Positions 35,223 to 48,775 of a stretch of 64,000 nt of DNA are shown piece by piece (the first letter of the stretch is position 1; every line of letters starts with the position of its first letter). The translations under genes were made by a program, and so were the position numbers. Under the pieces are notes generated by a model that had not been told where the DNA came from, searched no databases, and saw only the letters and a program-made list of their open reading frames with translations. Origin of the DNA: Tubiluchus corallicola (Eukaryota > Animalia > Priapulida); NCBI GenBank assembly GCA_030141605.1, contig JAQGDQ010000772.1, positions 1-64,000 on the forward strand. The letters are read 5' to 3'.

Positions 35223-37894
35223 TCAAATCATTTTATTTAAAGTTTATTAATGTGTTTGATATTGTATTTTGATGTGTGAAAATAAATTCATAGTTCATAG
35301 TTATATAACTTTCAGTGTTATTTAAAGCCTGCATGGGTTCGTCCCAACTCGGAGACACTTATATTCCGCAAGAGGACGCTACTGAATGTATAGCAATACT
35401 AAAAGTCAAACAGTTTTTCTCTATAAATGCACAACGCAACACAAAACAAACATAAACGTCATCACGGCGTGCGTGGGAATCTGCATTGAGAAAATCGTTT
35501 TTTTTTCGTTAATAAATATTGCACGCTTCCCCCTAAGTACAATGTTTTCAAAAGGAACTGCATTCAGCATGCCGTTTCCATGGAAACCTGAAATCATGTG
35601 ATCAACAATCGCTGCTATTTTAATCAGTTGATTACGTACAATGGGAAGCCCAGGAATCATTAGATCGTGGAACTTCTGACCAAAAAAGCTTGTTCATAGT
35701 AAAAATAAAACGTTATTTAGAACAAAGTAAACAAAGGCATCGCAAAAAACTTTGCGTATAAATACACGCATCATCAATAATACGCGAACATTCTACCTAG
35801 TCCTCATTTATAACACAAAGCCCGTAACATCTAGCCTACTGTTTGTCTGTTTATCTAACGCAAAGCCAGCAGCAGCAGCTTTTACTGAATTAAAATTATA
35901 GGCAGAGTACAATGGAATGACGTCACAACAATGGCATTGCGTAAGCAGTTTTCTAAGCGAAAACTGCCGAAAATAGAATATGTAATTAACTCGCCAGTAC
36001 TCCTCTCAGTGGACCTGCCCTAAAATATAGCCCACATCATCATGTAGCCCCGTTCTTCCTCTTTCTGATGAGCCATATATCTCCTTCCGAGAGTCCCACC
36101 AGGCGCTGCTAGAACGTTTTTTCCGCAGACTGTTTGGTCAAAATTTCGAAAAAATCGTAAATCGTAAAATCGTTTGCCAAAAAAAACATTTAGGATGATA
36201 TTAAAAACCCATCAAAAGACCGAACTGATGGATCAGTTGATTACAAACAATGGGAAGACCTGCTTGCCAAAAAAAGGACTTACAATGATCCGTTACTACA
36301 GAAGAGAGTCCACAGTCATTAACTAATCAATTCATATTATTATCTCAAGATTTCATAGAAAATGTTCACAAGTTACAGAATTTGGAATTAGCATTTCATT
36401 TTAAATCATCAAAAAAAATGAAATCATTTAACAAACAAGGACCTAAATTTACAACTCTGGATGGCACATCTAGTCCACAAAGTTTGTAATAAAATACTGC
36501 TATTTAAATAATTATAGTTTATCAATCAATTAGCCATCACTTATTTTATTGACTATAATTTTGTCAGTATTTTTGGAGAAACAAAAGAAAAACCAATAAA
36601 GATTAAGTTTAACTATCAAACAAATGAAATTCGATACAATAAAAACCACTAACAAGGTGTAAATACAACCAACTCATATCACATATACAACCAACTTTCT
36701 TGCCATCTGTTCAGACTTCACTAAAAAGCTTCAACATGCTCACAAAAAAGAACAAATGCCATCTCTCCTAGGCTGCAACTAAAAGTGTGATTGCAAGACG
36801 TCTATCATAGATTTCAAGAGCATTTCATACAAAACCTAAAATGAGGCACAAAAGTTCACCACCAGAAAAACCAGTATGGTTATTGGTCTAGGGCCAATTG
36901 GTAAATGAATCTTGTACCATGAAAAACTGGCAGCTCTATTCTTATTCTAAACAGTTAGAGACAATAGACTGCAACAGTAACAAAACTGAAGCACTTCTTA
37001 AGCAAATCCTGAAGGACGAGTAATTTTGTGTTTTCGGTAGTGATCAGTTTGGCTGCGCAACTGTTTTTTGTTGCGTAATACATTGCACCTGTTCGTTATG
37101 TGGCACTTATATAAAACCTGCCCTCAATAACTGCCTGTGGTGTGTTATAAAATGCGCCCTTTACATGAATATGAAAGTATACACATTTTCCGAGGAGAAT
37201 AAGATTTTTTTATAAAATGTGACGCCCTCAAACTTCGGCACCCTAGGCTGTTGCTTAATTAGCCCATTGGTTAATACGCCCCTGTGCAATTTACATAGGT
37301 TGCACACGAAGGCTGAGAAATAATTTCACATACAGATGTCAGAGAAGTGTTGTTAAACTCACTCTCTACATGATCTTGTGTTTCCTGTAGTGATCATAAC
37401 CATTTTGATTTAAAAGCAGTGAAAAATTTTTATATATGAACTTATAGATTTGTTCTTCCGTGTTCACACGAGAAAAGGACACCGTGAACTACAGAATGCG
37501 ACTCTCTTGGCCTCTGTTCACACTTCACAGCGTCGTTAGTCATCTTACAGTAGCATGGCTTTAGAACTGCTGTAGCTCAGTTGTTACTATGAAATATTCT
37601 TCTAATATTATATTCTCCTTGGTCATTTGTAGATACACAATGTTTGTTTTGTTGTCACTAATAATCTTGTTCAGCTCTGCTATTTTGCTGACTCTAACCT
37701 AGTCTAGTTTCTCAATGCGAATTTGTGAAGCTACATTACGCCATCGCCGTTTTGTTCTTTGGAGGTTTTACTAAATGAAGCCAGTACACAGGCCCACCTT
37801 GTTCTCTGAGCTGTTTATTTTGTCACGTCCCGACATGGATCAAAAAACCCCAGATCTGGTTTTCCAGGATTCAGCAGTCATATTCTTATTCTTT

Positions 37895-37982
37895 TATCTT
37901 CATCCTCCGCCTCCTCCTGATCTTCCTCATCATCCTCACCATCCTCATCATCACCACCGCCACCATCATCATCATCATCATT
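37895..37982. repeat. Imperfect (CCT/CAT/CAC)n trinucleotide microsatellite
   Basis: Seen directly; explains the poly-Pro/His run of ORF 37775..38170. Confidence 0.9.
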
Positions 37983-40012
37983 GTTCCTTGGAAGTTTTAC
38001 CGACTGGCTCTAGTCCTCACTACATTCACAATTTTGCTAACGTGAAGATTTGGCGTCCTCATCTGCTAAAGTTATGGATAATTATTATTATTATTATTAT
38101 GGATAATGAGAGCATCCAACATACAGTCCAATGCTTCTGCGAAATCGTTGGAAAACTGCTAAATGATTAATTCGCTTGAGCACTCCATAGATCTCCGTCG
38201 GTAATGATGTTCAATATTACCCTTGGGCATAGCTGGCTTTCACCGACGACTAATTTTCATAGATCACCTAAGGTGGAAAGCATCTGGAATACATGGGATA
38301 ATCCGTTTTCTATCTTAGAAATGAAATTCTGCATTGAAGAATTTTGCGAGTAGCAAAATCGCCCAATAAACAGGACATGGAAAAATAGGTTCGCCAATGA
38401 ATGCACTCACATCTAAACATTCTAAACACAGTTTTCTAGAACTGTTACTTTATAGTTAGTCAGCTCTCAAGCAGTTGAAAGTACTCACTTCCATGCTACT
38501 GGTTTCGAATAACAATGACACAATACCTGAATATTCTTCAATCATAGTATACGACTAACAATTTAACTCATAACAACTGCTAACAAGGCCATTAAAATAA
38601 TGTGATCATTTTATATACTGCCTGTGCTTCATTAAGCTCTACCTAGAATTTCTACACTGAGTGGCAGAACAAAAAAAAAACATGGAAATATAATTACTGT
38701 CTTCCGGTACTAATTACTTATCAATTTCCTTAATTTAGTGACATCTCAGCTGCAGCTCCAACATTTGCACTAATTTCACACAAGAAAGGCCTTGTACCTT
38801 GAGGTTCCGTTTCATGTCTCATCGGCTACATATTTTAATCATCTTTTTCGTGTAGCTCTGTTTACCTAATAATTCTGCTGAACTTGTGTTTTGTGAGAAT
38901 GCTCACAGGACCATCAAAACTGAAAGTCTTTGAAAACATCAATACCTTGGGTAGAGAATTATTCATTTCAAACTTGCGAGACCTCATTCTGTATTATATC
39001 ATAGCTTTCAAAACAAACGAACCACATGGTATGGCGGTTGTCCGTTTAGAAAACGAATCTATGACCCTAATTGTTTAATTTAACAAATTTATCCAATTTT
39101 CTAAGTTCGCTCGCTTATAATTTGTCAAAAAATACGTAGATACTCTTACGCACCAATTCAACAGTCAATCGGTTAAATCATAAATTATCCTATCACAGTT
39201 GAGGATCAGAGCAAATAAATTATTAAACCTCATCTACTATAACATGATTACCATAGCAGTATCATTCAGCAAGCTGTACACGCATGTATATTGTAAGTAT
39301 ATATATATATATACTACTACCTACTACTAAGAAACCTACTTAAAGGCTTCTGAATTTCAAAATAAAAAATAGTTCACAACTTCGCATAATTATATTTAAA
39401 GAGAATGAAAAAATATAATGTTACTTCACCCAGACTGACAATTATTGACAGTTTTGTATTTGTCTTAATAAGACACTAATGGCTTAGTATTTACAGTGAA
39501 AACATTCAAACAGACATGAAACTCTTTAACACGTTCTAAATATCTTAAATTCTCTAGCTTTCCACCTGCTGATACTGAATGTTGATATTATACATGCTAA
39601 CCTGCTGCGTAGTGCATAGAATGCATATGTTCAAGGGCTGGTGGTCTGAAATCGTTTTGATGAGCAACACAACAAATGAAGGTTGAAAAAATACGAATGA
39701 TCACATTGCTTAAATGAAAAAATTAAAGCTGTAATGATATTCTATTGTTAAGCTATAGAAGAAACCCATCCCAGCCATTCAGTGTTAATAATAGGCCAAA
39801 CTATTGAAACCTTTCAGTGCTCTGAACTGTATAAAAAGCCCTTATAAAAGCAATTTTAACAGTTTTATCATTTCTGCCACAAAAAAATTTAGAAACTTAC
39901 ATTGTTGTTTTGTTAAACATGTAATAACGAAAATAATTTAATAATCTAACAAAAAGTGAACAGTTTCAATTACTGTAAGGTTGTTAGCTCTCCATAAAGC
40001 TGCTTTGCTTAA

Positions 40013-40580
40013 AGAACAAGACAACACTTTACTTACATAAAGCTAAAAAAATGCTTCTTGAAATTTTGTATCACCTACAATCCTACATGCTGTCTTACTG
40101 CACACAGGGCTTGTGTCAGCAGCAATGCTGTAAAAAACTTTAAAATTTAAACTCTCCTGATGATTGTTAGGAGCAGCCATTCTGAGTTTGAAACGAGTTT
40201 TAACATTGCGTAAAGGCAGAAAAAATAATGACAGCATACGTAGCACAGTCTTCAATAACTAAACAAAAGTATAAATTAAATTATTTTGTCAACAAATTTA
40301 TGAATATGTTTTTAGTGAGTCAATGCTGCACAATGGAAATGTGAATCGGGACATTTTACCCCGATGGCGCAAACCTTTTAAATTACGAAGAATTTCATTT
40401 TCTAGTTACAGAAGTCTTTCAAAGAGCGAAGCATAACGCAAAGTAATATAACTTTGTACTTTTTTGGGATATACTTTAAAATTGTTTAAAGCTTCTTGCC
40501 CTTAAAGAGAATCGCAATTGTGTCCTAAAACCCGCTTAGATGACTATTTTGTATACTTGCACGTTTTTTGTGTACTTTCC
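40013..40580 (-). mobile_element. Diverged inverted copy of the TTAA-flanked element, next to the exon 3 donor
   Basis: ttaa|agaacaag start; cagggcttgtgtcagc...aaatttaaact matches 60143-60687; right boundary approximate. Confidence 0.55.
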
Positions 40581-40612
40581 TTAAAAATCATCTGTTATTC
40601 TGATGAACTTAC

Positions 40613-40672
40613 CAATATTAGGATGCTTTAACTGTCGACAAATCCTAGCTTCCCGTTCCAACTTTTGATGAT
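40613..40672 (-). CDS. CaMKII: CaMKII coding exon 3 ([20 protein letters not shown]), alpha-C helix
   Basis: 60-nt exon with catttcag acceptor and G|gtaagt donor; phase compatible with exons 2 and 4. Confidence 0.97.
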
Positions 40673-42569
40673 CTGAAATGTATAATCACATCCCACATAA
40701 CAATATGAACACTAAATAGCAAAATTTATAGCAATTTCGTGCAAAGTACATGTAAAAAACGGCACTTAAAGATGTGCCAATCACTTCGGCAATCATATAC
40801 GGATGTTACCTCAGACTTTCATCATAAATTTAAATTGTACTGTACATTTCATTAAGAGACCATACGATTGGAGTCAGTTAGAGACATCAGAGGTGACTTT
40901 AGTCTACAGTCACTTCGTAAATTCTGTGATTTGTTTCATGTTTTGTGAAAACCAGTATAAAATATACCAGTATATCTTATATAATATATAAACCAGTATA
41001 TATGTAAGTATATATATAAACCAGTATATATATTTAGTATGTATGTACATCTAATGTGAGTGGTAGATGTAAACATGGCAAGAAAAATATTTTAGTGAGT
41101 TCAAATAAATGTGAAACAGCAAACTGATTTATTTGACTAACTATTGGTAACAAAGTATTGTGCAAATAATTAGCGTTGGGATGACAAGAATTTACGTGAG
41201 TGAATAAGTTTGTGAGTGATAAGTTTATTGGTAATAATAGACCTACTTCAATATTCAGTAAATTGTGTCTAACAGCAAACACAATTAAATGTGCAGCACT
41301 TAGCTGAATATCTTGAATTATCCCCCAACTCTGGAGACCGAATATCAGTACAATCATATCCCAAATGCACCAAGCATATTAGAATATTGGAGTTATTAAA
41401 CTAAAATGTATCATAAATAAAATATTTACAACCTACCATATACATGAACACTCAAATCAATTCAACTATACACATCAACAATGTATTACTTCATCATCAT
41501 AATGTATTTAAAGTAGGAAACATTATTTGAAACCCAAATGCTTAATTGGTTATAATCGTCAACCTCAACTACATGATGATTATTTAATGGCAATGGTGAA
41601 ATGTAAACTTTTTTGTTCTTTTTTTCTCATTATTTGGACGTGTTTATAATGTTGCAAGCAATTAAACAAGTTTCACTTCTGGTTCTTGCCATTTATTATC
41701 TGCACGCTGTCATATAATTACTATTATTAATATCTATTTTTTCCCAGTGTTTCTTGATATTGTATTTGTATTTACACTTCCAAATGAATAAATTTATTAT
41801 TACTACAACTGCAATTTATTAAAAAATAATAACAATTTGGTCTTATTGAACTGAATTTAATAAGCCATTGACTGACTGAATCACTGAACGCTAATAAATA
41901 TGTCGTAACACGGACTATTATTTCATTCCGATCACAAAATATTCAAATTCGTATTGCGTGATTATGTGGTCAATAAAACAATAAAGCATATATTATATGC
42001 CGATGTACCTAATACGTGTTTAACGTATGCTCATGTTACTCTCATATATTCTGTACACATGCGGTTATGCTTAATCATGGCAAACCATGGCGGGGCATGA
42101 TTATCCAAACCTACGTATTCAATTAACATGAGAGCTAACTAGCTGCTTGATTAATTGCAGATATGAGAACTGGACAGTCATTAAGCTAGAAGCCATAATT
42201 GAGCTTTCATCAAAACCGCAGCTCATGCAGCACACAGTCTGTTGCCAACCAACTGCATACAGACGGAACTTATTGATGTTTTTCTGATGTTATTAGACTG
42301 CGCTGACGTGAATGACATGACGCAGAAGTGATATGTTACAAAAATAGGAATACTTTCTGGTTTAATAGCAAAACGATAAACACTGAGTCGTCGCAGTTTA
42401 TTGGCTAGGTTTAATGGCTACATACACACTTCGGTCCTACAGTTTTTATTTTTGTTTCCAAGAAAACATTCGTATAATAATTCAATTTTCATTCGTCTTA
42501 AATGCAAAATCTGATAATTTTTAATTACCTGGTACATGCGCATTAACTAATTAATTATATTAGTAACAA

Positions 42570-42758
42570 TTCTGAGAGGGTGGCTGACCTCGATAACTTA
42601 TAGTTCTTTCGCCCCACCATTTCACCACTAATCAATAATTACTTTTGCACTTTGTAATATTATTGTATGTTGTGCAGATTTATAAATCTCTTAGTTATGT
42701 ATTTTGCTATTTTAAAAATGGTGATAAACTAATAAACTTACTTACTTACTTACTTACT
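42570..42758 (+). mobile_element. Short LINE 3' tail (stem-loop, aataaa, (ttac)n)
   Basis: gggtggctgacctcga...ccccacc resembles the 3' UTR motif at about 56030; ends aataaacttacttacttacttact. Confidence 0.55.
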
Positions 42759-45247
42759 GGACAGGTTTTGTTTTGTTTAATGAGAAAAATTAAATTCTTA
42801 AAGGCCAAAACAGATTTGTATGTTTCATTGAGCCAACAGAAATAACATTGTCTCAAACAGCGTGGTAATATTCCCGTCCCTACGAAAATAAAACTCAGTG
42901 CACTCAACAGTAAAATTAATACATATTAAGTAATCCTTTAAAAAATTAACTAGCTCATATAATAATGACCACATCTATATATCTCAGCAGAATTCATGGA
43001 TTAATAATTTTTCTTGAAAAGAAGCATACAAACATCATCAATAAACTTACTAAAAAATGATAATAAGTGAAAGGTTGGCAAAATTTTTGTAATTTAACGA
43101 AAACATTTTACAATAAAATGACATGTTTTAGAAATCTTATTGACAAGATTATTATTAACAAGGGTATAAACACACAAAAAATATTAAGCCAAACTCGAAA
43201 AACTCGAAACATTCAAAGAAATGTGAAAAACTGGAACACAGTCTGAATTTGATCAGGGATCTTAAGTTTACAAGGCCGATACCATAACCATTAGGCCACC
43301 ATGTTTTACCAGTGATTATAACAGTCCAAAGTTCATCCCTTGTAGCTGGTCAATCATTTCAGCATTTCCAATGTTAGGTCACTGTTAGTGATTCTAACCA
43401 AATAGATGATTTTTATTTGACTACGTATGAGCCTGAAATTTACGTGGTAATTAATCAATTCTTGACAATCTTATTATCTATTTATCATTAAAGAGGATGC
43501 AGACCCTATAATTAATTAAATACGACATCAAGCATCATCACACAAAGATAATCTGAAAATTCCATTACAGAAGACAAAACTTCAAAGATACATCGAGCTA
43601 ATGCAGGTCTACTAAAGATTCTACATCACGTGTCATTAAAACATCGTATCTCTGTTTTTTGTCCTTGGATTTCTTATTACCTGTTCTCATCATTGCAGAC
43701 TTTAAGATATCTTATATTCGGGAAAAGTCGTAGTCATAAGTTCCAGCCAAAAAATACTGAGACTATATATATATATCCACTTACCAACTACTATTAAAAT
43801 TAAGCAACCAACGGATGCTGGGCAAACGAAGCCTCCCCCCCCCCAAGACAAAATGTTTGCAACTGTTTCAATTGTTAAATTTTTAAACAAAACGTGTTGT
43901 TCCTAATTGCATCTTGTATTTTAAGTGAACGGGTACAATTCTTCAGTCCCAGAACAAATACTGAATTACCTTCCGGAGAATTTAATGCAGTGACAATGAG
44001 AGAAATAGATAGTGTAGTATGGCAGATGAAACCACATCTAAAACAATCTACCGTGTGATCACTCATTCGTTTGCTACCCTATTAGCAAATCCCAGTACTG
44101 GTTAACTTCACAGCTGAGCATACATAATGACTGATGACACTCAGCTACATCTATAATGACGAGATGACATTTCCCACACTGACATTCTGTGTACCAATAA
44201 GTAATGGGGACCTTCCAAATATTTTATGGAGTCTACTGATTTATGCGTATCTTAGCATGATCATTTGCAGCGAATTCGCTGTTCAAAGGTTAACTGACAA
44301 ACCGAAACCGAATTTGTCAAACATTGGAAGCCGATAACGAAATGAAAACAAACAGAAACATTTTTGCAAAACCAACAATTATTAAAACTGAAAAAAAGAA
44401 ATTCTAAAGTAAGTAGAATATTTGGTTTTCTGTTTGTCTGCTTTTATTTGCTGTGACGCAAAATTACAGATAGAAAACGCAAGGATATTTTATAATATAG
44501 AACCTAAAGTTTGATGGAGTGGCTTACATTAGAAAAATTAACGTGTTACGATCTTTTTGAATTTAAGTATCCTTAATGATTAACGTGTAAAGATCACAAT
44601 GCCTCATTAAAAATAAACACAATTTTATTTCGTTGCCTGTATTTCATAAATTATAAATTTAAACGCCATTTTGCTCAAATAAGTTCAAATGTGGTTTGAT
44701 ATTTCGATTAATTGGGCCTGGAGACCCTAAAACTTCACGGTGATCAGCACAGAAGATATGCCGCATTGCTTTAAAAGCATGTCATAAGCTGTTATGAAAT
44801 TTTCGCTTTATTTGAGCTATTTTAGCCAAGATCTTTTAGTGGTTTTTGACATCTAGGAGAAAAGAAAAGATAAATTTGATCAATACCATTAAAACCTCTG
44901 AAAAATGCTGCCGAAAATTATCCAAAATTTTGACTACGAAATTTAATAAAGTTTCGCAAAACGAAAACATAACCAAAAGTGTAACTATCGGCAAACCGAA
45001 AGGAATTTGCCTCTCTGTAAACCCTAGGAACTTCATACAAACAATTCTCAAACACTACACTCATATCATTAATAATACTGTACCGTCAAATAAATAAGTT
45101 TAGTTACAGTCTGTTTGTTCAAGACCGATATATCGGTCGTTTTTATCACCAGTTGTAAGTTTGATACGTCGTTTCGTAAATTGTAAATAGATTTGTGTGT
45201 GTTGAACGTAACGTATTTTATGTAAGTAGTTTTACACAGTTTTTTGC

Positions 45248-45469
<222 letters not shown>

Positions 45470-45493
45470 CATGTTAAGATGTTAATGGTATAT

Positions 45494-45755
45494 CAAAATC
45501 GTAATTACATATTATGTTTTCCTTATGTTTCCTTGCTATTATTAAATCATTTACCTTATTACATCAATTTCATTAAGTCATCTACAAAAGCACGCATAAC
45601 TTTAATAATTTTTTCATTTTCATTTAAGTAAGGTGAGTGTGTTAATGACCGCATGGTCGTACACTCACCTCACACTACTCAAATCATTTTATTTATTGTT
45701 TATTTATGTGTACAATATTGTATTTTGATGTGTGAAAAATCAATTCATAGTTCAT
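45494..45755 (+). mobile_element. Monomeric LINE/SINE 3' end homologous to 34340-35305
   Basis: Shares caaaatcgtaattacatattatgttttcctt, the hairpin and the ttcatagttcat tail. Confidence 0.75.
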
Positions 45756-45880
45756 GTTGTATATAATTTTCACTGTACATAGTTTGGCCAATTATTAGTC
45801 AAGCACTGTAACACTCTGTAAACTTTATGACAAACACAGTGCTTAAGTTATCATTTTAGCAAATTCGCTCCAACACTCAC

Positions 45881-45975
45881 CTCTGGCAGACAATTTCTTC
45901 GTGTTGATTATTTTTGCAGCAAATTCTAATCCTGTGGACTTTTGAACACATCTTCGTACTATTGAGAAAGCACCT
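45881..45975 (-). CDS. CaMKII: CaMKII coding exon 2 ([31 protein letters not shown]), glycine loop and catalytic Lys
   Basis: 95-nt exon with ttctgcag acceptor and G|gtgagt donor; lies inside ORF 45843..46112. Confidence 0.97.
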
Positions 45976-46036
45976 CTGCAGAATAAAGAACGTTGTATCA
46001 AAAGATTTGAAAAACATACCAAATTCATAGTACAGC

Positions 46037-46444
46037 AATAAGCCTTTTCACAGTTCCAGCGATTGATGATGAACGCAAAAAGGTCAAAGGTTAAGTGTAC
46101 CAGACAACGCATTTGTGTTCACTTGACAACGTCTCGCAGCCCATGCTATTGTAATAGTAACAGTTCTAACATGTTTTAACAGCTAGCTAGAACCTTACCT
46201 AGTTCATTTTTTCTTGTTTCCAAGCAAGATCCTGCTAGTAAATCACTCTACACACAGAATAATAATGCATAATTAAGTAAAATCCACGTAAAACAACTGA
46301 AGTTACCGAACTGACATGACAGACTGCTTTGCTTTATTCACACGTCATGTGACAGTTGAAGTTAAGACGTATTGCTGTGGCACACTTGACTTTTGACCTA
46401 CAGCAACAGCGGGTGCGCACAACGAAACTGTGAGAAGGCTTATT
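46037..46444. mobile_element. Inverted-repeat element of about 400 bp (old MITE-like)
   Basis: aataagccttttcacagtt pairs with aactgtgagaaggcttatt; aggtcaaaggttaagtgtacca pairs with tggcacacttgacttttgacct. Confidence 0.6.
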
Positions 46445-47150
46445 AGCACACAATTAATGGACAAGTGGACATACATGCACGCAAGAGGGACATAATTTCA
46501 GATCAACAGTTTTTAGCAAATTATTATTAATATCAACAAAGTATTTAGCTGAGAAATCTCAGAATCTGACAATAATGTCTAAGTGTCATACTGATGCCGT
46601 TAGCCAAATATACTTTTAAGAAAGGGCAGCAGAAAAATTACAGAAACACAAATCGGGCATTTTCTTATAACTGTGCATATACACACATGACAAATATACA
46701 AAAGCAAAGTGTATCATTGGATAATAATTTACATTTACCTACGCGTTTACGAGTGTTTAGCTACGCAAACCTACCACATCCTACAAAACATGCATACAGC
46801 ATCCTTATTATGATTAAAAAGTTTTAACAGAAACTGCTATCTTTACAAGTATGCAAAACATTCTCCTGAAGCAAAACTAAAACGTGGTCATATGGAACAT
46901 AACTACCATCATTATTTCTTTATTTAATCTGGAAAATCTATAACATTGACAAAATTCGAAAACTTAGTCCAATATTTTAGCCATACAATGTTATGTATTA
47001 CTTTCGGTAAGAATGAAAGTTTAAATTTAATGAAATTTTCACAAGTGCCAGTTTTCAACACATTTTGCATCATTTACGGCAAGTACCAGTGTGCTTTGTT
47101 GCTAGAGTTACGAAAGCTTAATTAAGTTTCTACAATTTAATGGTATACAT

Positions 47151-47609
47151 CAGGGGTGTGCAAATTGCGGCCCGCGAAGAGATTTGTCAACATAATGAAA
47201 GTGTGGCCCGGGCGATTAATTGAGTGTATCCAGCTGAAGTCTGTGCCACGATCCCAAAGATAGTGCGGGTAGTTTTTTCTACTAGATCGGATGCCATTAA
47301 CGCTTACAAGACGGTTGTAGCTTAATAACACTGTACTACACAGACTGTGTGATACACATTACTAATATGCATTGTATTGAAATTACCACTATCTGTCCTG
47401 AAAGTAGAAATATATGGTTTGTAATATAAATTTTAATAACTTCCAAAATAGTTTCTTGAGTGTAGTAGTAATGATGTACGCAGGTCGGATGCAAAAAATC
47501 GTTACTAGGCCTTTCTGTACTTGGCTCCTTGATCAAACTGCCTGTGACCCGCAGGATTTGCGGGAAAGTTTAATGTGGCCCAGCTAGTCAGATAATTTGC
47601 ACACGCCTG
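47151..47609. mobile_element. hAT-type MITE, copy 2 (same family and orientation as 33782-34251)
   Basis: TIRs caggggtgtgcaaatt / aatttgcacacgcctg; near-TSD gtatacat / atttacat; highly similar internal sequence. Confidence 0.88.
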
Positions 47610-48571
47610 ATTTACATGGTTTAATTAAAACATTGTTTCATGACATTCTTAATAGTCAGACAAAGTTTTCCTTTCTGAATTATTGTCTTGTATCACTACC
47701 ACAAATATATTTCAAACTTGGAAATTTATGTACAGTAGGCTAAATAAAAAAATAACTGCAATACAACCTTCTGCAAGCAAAGTACCTAATAAGTCTGTAA
47801 TGTGTTAACGTAAACCACCACATTACAGACATAACATACCATTAAATTACTGTTTACAGTTCATCTGTCATCACTACTAAAATTACCAATTTAATTAATT
47901 AGTTAGCATTCTTTCAATACATATTTTGCCTATTCAAATATACAGTACCGCATGAACCTATAAAGTTTATTTGCTTAAAATAAATAAATCCAACATGCGT
48001 GAATTCCTTTTATAACTCGGTGAGTAGTGTTCAAACTGTATGCCAAAACCAATGCTAACACTGGGTAAACATAATTAAAAGTATATAAAGTTGAGTCTAA
48101 GTAACAGGCAAAAAATTAATTTACTTTTACTAACTTAAAACCAGATTAGACTAAGTAAAAACATTTAAATGTATAAAAAATAAAACACTTAAATTCGTAT
48201 TTTATCGAAAATTAGTAAAATGCCATGAATGCTGTTTTTAACTGCATAGTGCACGTTCAGTTTCCATTCAACACCACAAATTATACATCATGTAGTTCTT
48301 ATCATTTAATTATTTTTTACCAAGCATAAAAAACGTCTCATGTAACACATTTAAAGATAACATTAAATGAACATGAACTACGCCGGCCTTTTCCCTATCT
48401 GTATAACTTCAAGTATTTTCTACATGAAGCCATTTGAGAAGCCATCGAGGAAAATTCTTCGACGACGAAACACTAGAAAAACTACGCAACTTGGATGTGC
48501 ATGCATCAAAATTGAAATATTCAACACAATGAGCTTCGACATACGCACAACACAAAAATACACCAACTCAC

Positions 48572-48648
48572 TTTCCTAGTTCTTCTTTTAAATCGTAATT
48601 ATCACTAAATTTAGTCGTCGCCATCTGTATAGCCATGTTCCGATTCAT
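48572..48648 (-). CDS. CaMKII: CaMKII coding exon 1 (MNRNMAIQMATTKFSDNYDLKEELGK); alternative in-frame ATGs at 48636 and 48624
   Basis: Manual translation gives the CaMKII N-terminal motif KFSDNYDLKEELGK. It ends in phase 2 at AA|gtgagt and joins exon 2 in frame. Which ATG is used is uncertain. Confidence 0.93.
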
Positions 48649-48659
48649 CTATCTTTGAC

Positions 48660-48775
48660 ATTTTCAGCGAGATCTCGTGAGTCGTGATAACCAGCGAGAT
48701 TTGTGAGGTCATCAGCGCTCAGCAACCGCAATCGTCTGCGCTCAGCCGCTCCAACGAGATTCTACTAAGAAGCCA
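48660..48775 (-). promoter_or_regulatory. Probable CaMKII 5' UTR / proximal promoter
   Basis: Locally CpG-rich patch directly upstream of the start codons, with three CGAGAT motifs (one in the palindrome cgagatctcg) and two gcgctcagc motifs; TSS not determinable. Confidence 0.4.

Noticed and set aside
37775-38170. His/Pro-rich 131-aa ORF
   Set aside because: Driven by trinucleotide microsatellites; no domain or splice support.
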